From Candidatus Nanohalarchaeota archaeon (GTDB lineage: Archaea > Nanohalarchaeota > Nanosalinia > Nanosalinales > JAFCCC01): 39,313 nt of DNA. The position numbers were made by a program, and so were the translations under genes. The notes under the pieces were generated by a model, which saw nothing but the letters and a program-made list of their open reading frames with translations, had not been told where the DNA came from and made no database searches. Location of the stretch: positions 1 through 39,313 of the forward strand of contig JAFCCC010000005.1 in the NCBI GenBank assembly GCA_017610385.1. Direction: 5' to 3'. Shown here in pieces: positions 1 to 8,180 of the stretch. The first letter of the stretch is position 1. Every line of letters starts with the position of its first letter.

Positions 1-2
1 AA

Positions 3-212
3 CCCAAAAAATTTATTATAAGTAAGCTAGCTCCAAATGCTCGCGGTGAAATTAATAATCTTCTAAATGAACTATTTCGAGATGGATTTATAGAATATCA
101 TAAAAACAAAAATTGCATTTCTCTAAACCCAAAAAACAAAAAAGAAATTTGTAATTATACAAAAAATCATGTGTCAGAATACTCTTGGAAAAACTTTTGT
201 GCAGAAAAATAA
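3..212 (+). CDS. 3' part of a small hypothetical protein (possibly wHTH-like), truncated by window edge
   Basis: Open frame from base 3 to TAA at 210-212: PKKFIISKLAPNARGEINNLLNELFRDGFIEYHKNKNCISLNPKNKKEI...; start is outside the window. Confidence 0.5.
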   Translation, partial: PKKFIISKLAPNARGEINNLLNELFRDGFIEYHKNKNCISLNPKNKKEICNYTKNHVSEYSWKNFCAEK

Positions 213-274
213 GGAAATTTCAAAATTGGCAATTTTAGAAGTTTACATATCAAAATAGAACTCTTTGCTACCTG

Positions 275-355
275 TTAAAATCACCTTAAACCAATTCTAA
301 TGTCTAAGTTCTTCTTCATTTACCCTATAACTTATAATCCTGAGCCCCTAGAGAG
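275..355. repeat. att-arm repeat copy 1, ending in a degenerate copy of the tRNA-Thr 3' end
   Basis: 275..353 aligns without gaps to 3554..3632 at 67/79 nt; 341..355 TGAGCCCCTAGAGAG matches 24430..24444 TAAGCCCCGAGAGAG at 13/15. Confidence 0.85.
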
Positions 356-555
356 TGAATAACGAGGATTTCTGTTCAGGTACGTTTTACAGTTCATAGT
401 AATCATAGTTATCATAGCCAAACCATCTGGTTATGTTTTCAACCAAACAACCTTACATAACATTTCTTTTGGTGGTTTATAAGGTTTTGGGTGGATTTTA
501 TTTTATAAGTAAAATCGTACTAAACTAGAAATTTTAGAGTCATAAACTATAAAAA

Positions 556-2067
556 TTATATAGAATTACCAACAACTCGATCAAAATAACTATTTGAATC
601 TAGACTAGAAAACTCATTCAAATCAACATTATTTCCTGGGCGGAATAAAGATTCTCTTAAGAATCCACCTGCTTCGGGATTATTCCACCAATCCTCACCA
701 TATTCTTCTTTCATACCTGCAACAATATCTTCGGCCCTAATCTTTGCAAGTAAGTATGCGGGACTATAAACCGCCATATATCTTGGAATTATATGGTGAG
801 TCAAGATATATTGTCCAGGTAATTTAATTCCATATTGCTCAGTTAGTTGTTCAAATCTTTCACAAGCTTGATCTATCTCCAATCCCTCCTCATAAATTGC
901 GATTTTGGTTAAAGATAAAGCGGCATAGAATTGAAGATATAATAATTCATTAAACCTTTCTCTTTCACTAACTCGCCCAATCGTTTCTTCATCCATTCCA
1001 AGTTCACGCAAATAAACTGGATCTGTTGCAATTGTTTCAAAAATAGTAGACGGAATTTCAATATCTGAAAGAGGAAAAAGAACTCTTTGGGAAGTAGGTA
1101 AATTCGGATCAATCTCAGTTAAATGACACGCATGTCCGCCTTCATGATATCCGCTTGTTGCATTTTCAAAGGGTCTACCCTTTTTAAAGACAATAATGTT
1201 TCTATTTGGAATTTTAATAGGATGATCACTTGGAGAAGGAGTTTTATCTGGTCTTGGTACATCATCAATCTCCACGTATTTCGCGAAGCCGTTCATGCCT
1301 AGTTGTCTCATAATTTGTGCAAAATTTGTCATGGGTTCTTGGTTGGCGTAAGCTTCATCAAACTCTGTAAACACTACGGGTCTCCACACATACAAATCAT
1401 CAACAGGGTTTATCGGATGCCCCAAAACTTCTGGCCAAACTCTGCTAGCTAGATCTAAAAAGGGATCTCTAGCCACGGTTCCGGATTTATGTATGATTGC
1501 TTTAAGTCTTTCTACAGAAATGCCTGCATCTTGAGCAAAAACACTTACAGGATCTGTACCGTACTGACTATACGCAGTTCTTCCCGCTTCAAAAAGAGCT
1601 TGAACAGGCTTCCTTAAATGTTCATAAGCAAGCTCAATTATTCCATCAAACGCATGTCTTCTCAAATCTAAATTAGCAATATTTGCCGCGTTAAATCTTC
1701 TCCAACTTGCTAAGCTTACTGGAGCTCCATCAACTTCTAAATCTGCCAATATCACGCTTTCCTTACCGAGATTCCTAATTTCTGTTTGTAACGTTTGCGA
1801 AGTAGACATTAAACTTGAAGAAATAGCATCTGATCGTAAAACTTGTGGTATTTCATCTGTAGAAATAATGGTCCCGTTTAAAAGTGCTTGTGCAAGCCGC
1901 TCCCGTCTTCCAGACCAAGAAGTAATACCTTTTGTTATATCTGATACAGCTTCACGAACAACTTGACCAGATTCAAGTAAATACTGCAATTGAGATATAG
2001 CAACTTCTGTCTTTTCATATTCTTCTTCAAATACCTTTAAAGAACGAATCTTACTTGGAGAGATCAT
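556..2067 (-). CDS. Zinc metallopeptidase, M3/M32-like (gluzincin)
   Basis: HEGGH (HExxH) followed by EIPSTIFE third-ligand region; C-terminal YLLAKI...WWNNPEAG segment. Confidence 0.7.
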   Translation of the reverse strand: MISPSKIRSLKVFEEEYEKTEVAISQLQYLLESGQVVREAVSDITKGITSWSGRRERLAQALLNGTIISTDEIPQVLRSDAISSSLMSTSQTLQTEIRNLGKESVILADLEVDGAPVSLASWRRFNAANIANLDLRRHAFDGIIELAYEHLRKPVQALFEAGRTAYSQYGTDPVSVFAQDAGISVERLKAIIHKSGTVARDPFLDLASRVWPEVLGHPINPVDDLYVWRPVVFTEFDEAYANQEPMTNFAQIMRQLGMNGFAKYVEIDDVPRPDKTPSPSDHPIKIPNRNIIVFKKGRPFENATSGYHEGGHACHLTEIDPNLPTSQRVLFPLSDIEIPSTIFETIATDPVYLRELGMDEETIGRVSERERFNELLYLQFYAALSLTKIAIYEEGLEIDQACERFEQLTEQYGIKLPGQYILTHHIIPRYMAVYSPAYLLAKIRAEDIVAGMKEEYGEDWWNNPEAGGFLRESLFRPGNNVDLNEFSSLDSNSYFDRVVGNSI

Positions 2068-2140
2068 ATTTCTATAAAATATTGTTATTAATCTTTTTAA
2101 ATATTACCATCTCATAATAACTTTTAGAAGTTATATGCTC

Positions 2141-2167
2141 TTTTACCGGATAACTCTAAGAGCCGGT
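2141..2167. repeat. Intergenic hairpin motif copy 1 (TTTTACCG-n2-TAA-CTC...GAG)
   Basis: TTTTACCGGATAACTCTAAGAGCCGGT; ACCGG/CCGGT and CTC/GAG stems; similar to 3007 and 3437. Confidence 0.55.
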
Positions 2168-2230
2168 TTCATTCGGGAAGAATGCTCGAGTATTAGGAAG
2201 ATTATTATATTTTAAATCTAAAGAAATACT

Positions 2231-2968
2231 ATGTTTAAAAATAAAGTTGTTTTAGTAACTGGTTCATCACGAGGCATTGGTAAAGCCACGGCCCTGCTTT
2301 TTGCGAAAAAAGAAGCTAAACTCGTAGTTAATTATTCTTCATCTGAAAAAGAAGCTTGTGCTGTTGTTAATGAAATCAAAAATCTTGGATCAGAAGCTAT
2401 TACAATAAAATGTGATGTTTCTAACGAAAGCGAAGTTAAAAAAATGGTTCAAAAAACGATTGATAAATTTGGAAAAATTGACATTTTAGTTAATAATGCG
2501 GGAATCGTTTTTGACGTTCCTTTTTTCGAAAGAACTGTTGAGCAATGGAAGAAAACTTTGGATGTCAATTTACTTGGCACATTTCTTTGTAGCAAATATG
2601 TTTCTAAGCAAATGTTAAAAACCGGTGGCGGTAAGATAATTAACATTTCTTCAACAAATGGTATTGATTGTTTTAGTCCTGAAGCAATAGATTATGACAC
2701 TTCAAAAGCCGGTATTATCATAATGACTAGAGATTTAGCAAAGGAGCTTGCACCCACAATTCAAGTTAATTCCATTGCTCCAGGCTGGGTTGATACTAAA
2801 ATGAATAAAGATTTGCCTAAAGACTTTATTAAAAAAGAAACAGAAAACATATACCTGAAACGCTTTGCAAAACCAGAAGAAATCGCTAATGCCGTTTTAT
2901 TTTTAGCATCTGATGCCGCAAGTTACATTACAGGATCTATTCTAAAAGTGGATGGTGGTTATGGTTAA
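2231..2968 (+). CDS. Short-chain dehydrogenase/reductase (FabG-like SDR)
   Basis: TGSSRGIG Rossmann motif, NNAG, catalytic YDTSK (YxxxK), C-terminal ITGSILKVDGG. Confidence 0.92.
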   Translation: MFKNKVVLVTGSSRGIGKATALLFAKKEAKLVVNYSSSEKEACAVVNEIKNLGSEAITIKCDVSNESEVKKMVQKTIDKFGKIDILVNNAGIVFDVPFFERTVEQWKKTLDVNLLGTFLCSKYVSKQMLKTGGGKIINISSTNGIDCFSPEAIDYDTSKAGIIIMTRDLAKELAPTIQVNSIAPGWVDTKMNKDLPKDFIKKETENIYLKRFAKPEEIANAVLFLASDAASYITGSILKVDGGYG

Positions 2969-3001
2969 ATGCAACTTAGGCGAACTCCATTTAATCTCCT
3001 A

Positions 3002-3036
3002 CATATTTTTACCGCGTAACTCTCAGAGATGCGTAA
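3002..3036. repeat. Intergenic hairpin motif copy 2
   Basis: CATATTTTTACCGCGTAACTCTCAGAGATGCGTAA; CGCGT/ATGCG and CTC/GAG stems. Confidence 0.6.
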
Positions 3037-3057
3037 GGAGAACTGGGAAATAATGCA

Positions 3058-3381
3058 TTACTCATATCTTTTATTAACTTTTTCAATTTTCTTTTCAAGT
3101 GCCTTTATGATATCAACGTCCAGAGTTTTTGCTAAAATTAAGGCAGTTATTATCACATCAGCAAATTCTTCTGGCAAGTTTTCTTTATTATGGATTTCTA
3201 ATTTTTGTTTCCTTTGTAAAGAATTATGTGCTAGAATTTCATTGCACAGTTCCCCTAGTTCTTCAGTTAATTTGACAGTTTGACCAAGAATTTGTTTCTC
3301 AGTATCAGAATAACTATCAAAGTAATTTTTAATGCGATTCTCTTCTAGTTCTATAAATGTCAATAATTCATGGAACTCCAT
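3058..3381 (-). CDS. MazG-like nucleotide pyrophosphohydrolase
   Basis: KLTEELGELCNEI...EEFADVII: ExxE...ExxD all-alpha NTP-PPase motif, 107 aa. Confidence 0.85.
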   Translation of the reverse strand: MEFHELLTFIELEENRIKNYFDSYSDTEKQILGQTVKLTEELGELCNEILAHNSLQRKQKLEIHNKENLPEEFADVIITALILAKTLDVDIIKALEKKIEKVNKRYE

Positions 3382-3431
3382 AACTATTTTATTAGCGCTT
3401 AACGTTATTACGTTTGTGTTATGATTTCTTC

Positions 3432-3466
3432 CATACTTTTACCGTGTAAATCATGGAGTTCTTTAC
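3432..3466. repeat. Intergenic hairpin motif copy 3
   Basis: CATACTTTTACCGTGTAAATC is 18/21 identical to 3002..3022; GTAAA/TTTAC stem. Confidence 0.6.
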
Positions 3467-3553
3467 GATAAAAATACGTACCAGTTTTTATTGTGCTGCA
3501 ACAATTCAGATTATTAGAACTCATATAATAAAAATCTCAATTAAAACTATATC

Positions 3554-3632
3554 TTAAAATCACTTTAAACCAATTCTATCGTTTAAGTTCTACCCCATTT
3601 AAGCTATAACTTATAATCTTAAGCCCCGAGAG
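3554..3632. repeat. att-arm repeat copy 2, including the 14-bp att core TTAAGCCCCGAGAG (3619..3632)
   Basis: Core is identical to 24429..24442 (last 11 nt of tRNA-Thr plus 3 nt); 67/79 identical to 275..353. Confidence 0.88.
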
Positions 3633-3664
3633 CAATATTGCGGTGCATGGAAATAATAATTGAA

Positions 3665-3930
3665 TTAAATTTCATTGAAATTTTGTCTAAGTTTGTTTAT
3701 TTCTTGAAGTGTTAAAGTTTCACAGTAAGCTCTTAATTCCATAATAAATCTTTGGGCTGTTTTTATTCTTTCACTGCATTTTTCTTTATCAACTGGTTCT
3801 GTGTCAATTATTGGAATATAATATTGATTGTCTATTCGATCTTTTTTAAATTCAGAGAATTTTTCGCATTTTATTCCACATTTGAAAAATATTCAGCTTT
3901 TAATTTATTCAAAAAATTTGATTTTTTCAT
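3665..3930 (-). pseudogene. HEPN-domain toxin pseudogene (MNT-HEPN pair) with internal deletions and frameshift
   Basis: ATG at 3930 gives MKKSNFLNKLKAE then an early stop; another frame gives FKCGIKCE-KFSEFKKDRIDNQYY...INKLRQNFNEI*; overlaps MNT 3' end. Confidence 0.72.
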
Positions 3931-4498
3931 AATATTTTTCCCCTCCATGGATTATTGCATGATTCTTTATAATTTCTTTTACTAACAAATTATCTAAATT
4001 AAACTTTCCAATCTTCACATTTATTAAATCATAAATTTTTTGGATTTCTTGCTTTATTTTAGGGTTTGTTGTTTCAATGTATATGTCAATATCACTATCT
4101 TTTTTTTCTGTATTTTTAGCATAACTCCCAAACAAAAGTATTAGATCGCAATTACTTTTGGTAATTACATCTTGGAATAATGGTCCAAGTTCGGGGTGTT
4201 TGATTAATATTTTTGATAATTTATAGTTTTCAGCATTTAGAATAAATGATTTTGAGATTAAATTCTTTTTAATAAAATAAATATGATTTTTTCCTTCCAT
4301 ATTATAATCTAAAACACTTATGTTTCTAAGTTCTGTTAAATGGGATTGCACTCTTGTAAGTGATGTTTTGAGTTCTTTCGCAAGTCCTCTTCCGTGCATT
4401 TCTTTTTTTAGTAAGAGCAAAATTATTTCATAAGAATAATTGATTTTTATTTGATTCATATGCCTTTTTAATAAGTCAACACTATTTAAGTCTTTCAT
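3905..4498 (-). CDS. HTH + minimal nucleotidyltransferase (MNT antitoxin); start may be 4460
   Basis: N-terminal wHTH (MHGRGLAKELKTSLTRVQSHL); LLFGSYAKNTEKKDSDIDI = GSx10DxD. Confidence 0.88.
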   Translation of the reverse strand: MKDLNSVDLLKRHMNQIKINYSYEIILLLLKKEMHGRGLAKELKTSLTRVQSHLTELRNISVLDYNMEGKNHIYFIKKNLISKSFILNAENYKLSKILIKHPELGPLFQDVITKSNCDLILLFGSYAKNTEKKDSDIDIYIETTNPKIKQEIQKIYDLINVKIGKFNLDNLLVKEIIKNHAIIHGGEKYYEKIKFFE

Positions 4499-4733
4499 TT
4501 TCAGAGAACTAATTCTTCAAGTATTTGAAAGTAAAGAATTTTAAGTCTCTAACCCTGGATCATATATGCTTTAATTTAAATTAATGTAAAAAATAGTCCA
4601 ATTCAGGTACATTATAGCACATTTAAGATATAATGTCGAGAAAGGTTAAAAACAATGGTTCGATCATAAAACCTAATCTTAGATAGACTTTTAAAGAATG
4701 GACAAATTATAGAAAAATACGGTTTCAATAAAA

Positions 4734-7367
4734 ATGTCTGAAATAGCAATAAATCCAGAAAAAGAAGCAATCATTGAGTTAAAGAGTAATGTTTTGGTTA
4801 CAGCTAACCCGGGCACTGGTAAAACCCTTCTTTTAGCATATAAATACCTTGATTTAATTAACAAAGGTGTTGATCCTGAGCAAATTCTTTGCTTAACATT
4901 TACTGAAAAAGCTAAAAAAGAAATGGAATCTAGAATACTTGAGGTAATTAAAGAAAAAGAAATTAATATGGATATTTCAAAATTAAATGTTTTTACTTTT
5001 CACGCTTATGCGTTAGATAATATTGAAGAAAATGAAATTCTTTCCACAAATCTTTTAAGATATACCATATTTCACTTTCTTAAAGATAATGAAATTCTAA
5101 ATTATTCTGATGAATATCTTCTAAAGGTTATTGTTCCAAAAATGGAAAACCTTATGAGGTATCTAAAGACTTTTGGAATAACACCGGAGCAAATAGATAC
5201 GGCGGAAGTTAAAAAACATCTTGAATCTGGTAGAAACTACGATAAAAAAGAAATAGATAAGTTTGCTGATGATTTTCTGGAAATTTATAAGCATTATGAA
5301 ACTATTAAGAACAGGAGAGGCGTAGATTATGCAGATTTATTAATTAAATTTCTGCAACTAAAAGAAACCCCTAAATTTGATTATGTTCTAGTTGATGAAT
5401 TACAAGATGTTAATGTTATGGAAGCAGAAATAGCTCTGCATTCATGCAAGAATTTTTTCGCGGTAGGAGACAAAAAACAAGCTATATTCGGGTTTCAAGG
5501 GGGTTCTATACTCAATTTCAAGAAATTTTCAAACGCCACTCAAAGAATCTTATCAGAAAATTTTAGAAATACAAATGAAATTTTAACTTACGCTAGAGAA
5601 TATTTTGATTCAAAAACAAAAGAAGAATCTCATAAAAGAGATTTGAAAGATCTGAGAAATGCAAAAAACAAATCTGGGAGCAAACCAATAATTTATGATG
5701 TTAAGCGAGAAAATGTTTATGCGGTTGCTTGTGAGTTAGTAAAAAAATTCAAGGGAAAAACTGCAATTATTGCTAGAACTAATTACCAAATACAAGATAT
5801 TGCAAAAGAACTTTCAGCTCGCGGTATGGATTTTTCCTCAACTTTTTTTTCTGCTTCAAATGATGCCAGAAATCACATAATTACTTTTTTAAAGGGAATA
5901 TTGAGCTCTGATATGCAAGATATAAAAAATGCAATGTTTACTCCATTTTTTCCGTGTTCTTTGCAGGAAGCATTTCAAATAACTGAAAATAGATATATTA
6001 AATTATCAGAACTTTTTGAAAAATTGCCTCAGTTTAGACAAATGAGATATTCTGTAAGAACTGTTGAGGATGTCAACAAATTATTCAAAGAAAAAATAAT
6101 ACCGATTTGTATTAGTTATGGAAAAGAATATTTATCAGCAGCAATATCTCTTCAAGGAGCATATAAAGAAGCACTTGTAGTATTAAAAGAAAAAAATATG
6201 CATTCTTTAATGACTTATCTTCAAGCAACTGATCTTTTATCTCAGGAATCTGATGTAGAAAAAGATATTGTACTTACTACAGTTCATAAAGCAAAGGGAA
6301 AGGAATTTGAAAATGTTATTTATATTCCTTCAAAAACGAGTAATAGAACTAATTTCCAAGACAAAGTGGTTGAAGCTATTCTCTATTCTAAAAATATAAA
6401 TGTAAAAGAGGAACTTGAAGAAGAAACTTTGCGAGTTAATTTTGTTGCATTTACCAGAGCAGAAAAAAATCTTGTGATATTAACTGATAAAATTCAGGAC
6501 TATCTTAACAATTCGGCGCAACTTGGAGAGCTTGAAGCAGAAAATGTGGATGTTTTTGACTTGACAGAAAGTAAATATAGGGCTTTTGACTTATTTGTAA
6601 ATGGTCAATTTGACGAAGCTAAGATATTATTAGAAAACAAAGAAGAATGGATTAGAGATTTTGTAAGAAATCATTTTAAGTCATTGAAGCATATCTCGTT
6701 TAGCTCTTTACCGGATTCTGCCTATACTTATTTTATACAGAACATTCTAGGGATACGAGAAGTAAGTTTTGCTACAACGCTGGGTTCTGAAGTGCATGGA
6801 GCAGCAAAACAAATATTACTAAAAAAGGAGTTTTCAGTAAGTAAAAAAGCAGAACCATTCATTGAAAATGTAAAAAAGATTATTGAAAAAATAGAATATG
6901 ATGAAGTAAAACCTGAATTAAAACTAGAACCACTTCTTTCCTTACTTGGATTTAAATCAGATCTGAAATTTAAGTCATTTATAGATGCTGTTTTTAAAAA
7001 AGGAGAGGAATATTTAATTGTGGACTGGAAAACTGACAAAAAAATAGACTATGCTTCTAAACACAGACAGCAACTGGAGACATATAAAAGAGTATTGTCA
7101 GCTCATGAAGGAATTCCACTTAACAAAATCAAAGTGGCCATTGGTTTTGTGGGCCTTAGAAGCACAATAAATACAGGAAAAATTGGCTTTGAATTTGATG
7201 AAAGGCAACCTGCCAAATCGGCCTTTGACACCTTTTCTAAACGAGTTGAAAAACTATTATCATGGATCGAAGACCCTGAGAACTTCTTCCACGACTTCAT
7301 CGCAGAAGAAAAAGACGAGCTGTTATGGAGAAGTGTCGTAGAAGAATATAGAAAAGACGAGGAGTAA
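4734..7367 (+). CDS. UvrD/REP SF1 helicase fused to a C-terminal PD-(D/E)XK nuclease (AddA/AdnA-like)
   Basis: ANPGTGKT, LTFT, VDELQD, VGDKKQAIFGFQG, TVHKAKGKEF, VAFTRA; C-terminal FIDAVF...IVDWKT...QLETY. Confidence 0.9.
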   Translation: MSEIAINPEKEAIIELKSNVLVTANPGTGKTLLLAYKYLDLINKGVDPEQILCLTFTEKAKKEMESRILEVIKEKEINMDISKLNVFTFHAYALDNIEENEILSTNLLRYTIFHFLKDNEILNYSDEYLLKVIVPKMENLMRYLKTFGITPEQIDTAEVKKHLESGRNYDKKEIDKFADDFLEIYKHYETIKNRRGVDYADLLIKFLQLKETPKFDYVLVDELQDVNVMEAEIALHSCKNFFAVGDKKQAIFGFQGGSILNFKKFSNATQRILSENFRNTNEILTYAREYFDSKTKEESHKRDLKDLRNAKNKSGSKPIIYDVKRENVYAVACELVKKFKGKTAIIARTNYQIQDIAKELSARGMDFSSTFFSASNDARNHIITFLKGILSSDMQDIKNAMFTPFFPCSLQEAFQITENRYIKLSELFEKLPQFRQMRYSVRTVEDVNKLFKEKIIPICISYGKEYLSAAISLQGAYKEALVVLKEKNMHSLMTYLQATDLLSQESDVEKDIVLTTVHKAKGKEFENVIYIPSKTSNRTNFQDKVVEAILYSKNINVKEELEEETLRVNFVAFTRAEKNLVILTDKIQDYLNNSAQLGELEAENVDVFDLTESKYRAFDLFVNGQFDEAKILLENKEEWIRDFVRNHFKSLKHISFSSLPDSAYTYFIQNILGIREVSFATTLGSEVHGAAKQILLKKEFSVSKKAEPFIENVKKIIEKIEYDEVKPELKLEPLLSLLGFKSDLKFKSFIDAVFKKGEEYLIVDWKTDKKIDYASKHRQQLETYKRVLSAHEGIPLNKIKVAIGFVGLRSTINTGKIGFEFDERQPAKSAFDTFSKRVEKLLSWIEDPENFFHDFIAEEKDELLWRSVVEEYRKDEE

Positions 7368-7388
7368 GTTTGCTGGGATAAACTCATA

Positions 7389-7401
7389 AGGGGTTCAATT
7401 A
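7389..7401. repeat. 13-bp repeat AGGGGTTCAATTA copy 1
   Basis: Identical to 28854..28866. Confidence 0.5.
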
Positions 7402-7508
7402 CACAAGATAAGTTTTATCTTCTGCACTTTCCATAAAGTAAAGTTAGCTAGAAGAAGGTATCCTGTATCCAGATTAATTATTAAATACAGAACAATCAAT
7501 TAATCATA

Positions 7509-8180
7509 ATGAGGATAAAAGATATATCAAAGGAAAATAGGCCCAGAGAAAGGTTCCAGACGTTGGGTGCGTTTGCTTTAAGTGATGCTGAATTACTTGC
7601 AATAATTCTTCAGAAAGGTAGCAAAGAAGAGAATGTGATTGATATGTCTAACAAATTAATCTCAAAATATAAACTAGATAAATTATCCGATTTATCATTA
7701 AAAGAACTTCAAGAAATTAAAGGAATTGGACCTGCTAAAGCTATGCAGATTAAAGCATTATTTGAATTTAACAAAAGATATGATAAAGCTGTTAAAACAA
7801 AAGAAATTGTGACAATAGAAAAACCAGAAGATGTTTATAACTATTTTGTTGATGAATTAAAAGATAAGAAGAAGGAACATTTTTATGCACTTTTATTAGA
7901 CAGTAAAAATAAGATAATCAAGAAAGATTTAATATCTGTTGGGACCTTATATAATTCTTTAGTGCATCCAAGAGAGGTTTTTAAGGAAGCCATTAAGAAC
8001 TCAGCAGCAGGGGTGATATTAGTACATAATCATCCGTCAGGAGACCCAGAACCCAGTGAGAACGATGTTGAGATAACACAAAAAATTGCAAAAGCAGGAA
8101 ATTTATTAAATATAAAAGTTTTAGATCATGTGATAATAGCAGAAAAGGGATGGGATAATATAAAAATAAAATATTCCTAA
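7509..8180 (+). CDS. radC: RadC-family (JAB/MPN) protein
   Basis: RPRER...LSDAELLAIIL, HhH GIGPAKA, VHPREVF, HNHPSGDPEPSEND, LDHVII. Confidence 0.95.
   Translation: MRIKDISKENRPRERFQTLGAFALSDAELLAIILQKGSKEENVIDMSNKLISKYKLDKLSDLSLKELQEIKGIGPAKAMQIKALFEFNKRYDKAVKTKEIVTIEKPEDVYNYFVDELKDKKKEHFYALLLDSKNKIIKKDLISVGTLYNSLVHPREVFKEAIKNSAAGVILVHNHPSGDPEPSENDVEITQKIAKAGNLLNIKVLDHVIIAEKGWDNIKIKYS

Noticed and set aside
2141-3466. Canonical integron attC array
   Set aside because: Genes alternate in orientation, no clear RYYYAAC/GTTRRRY pairs are present, and the integrase is not recognisably IntI
233-3530. Recurring TTTTAGAAGTT-like word at 233, 532, 2122 and 3511
   Set aside because: Short, AT-rich and variable; cannot be separated from background without statistics
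3752-3985. 77-aa plus-strand ORF
   Set aside because: Antisense shadow of the HEPN pseudogene and MNT end
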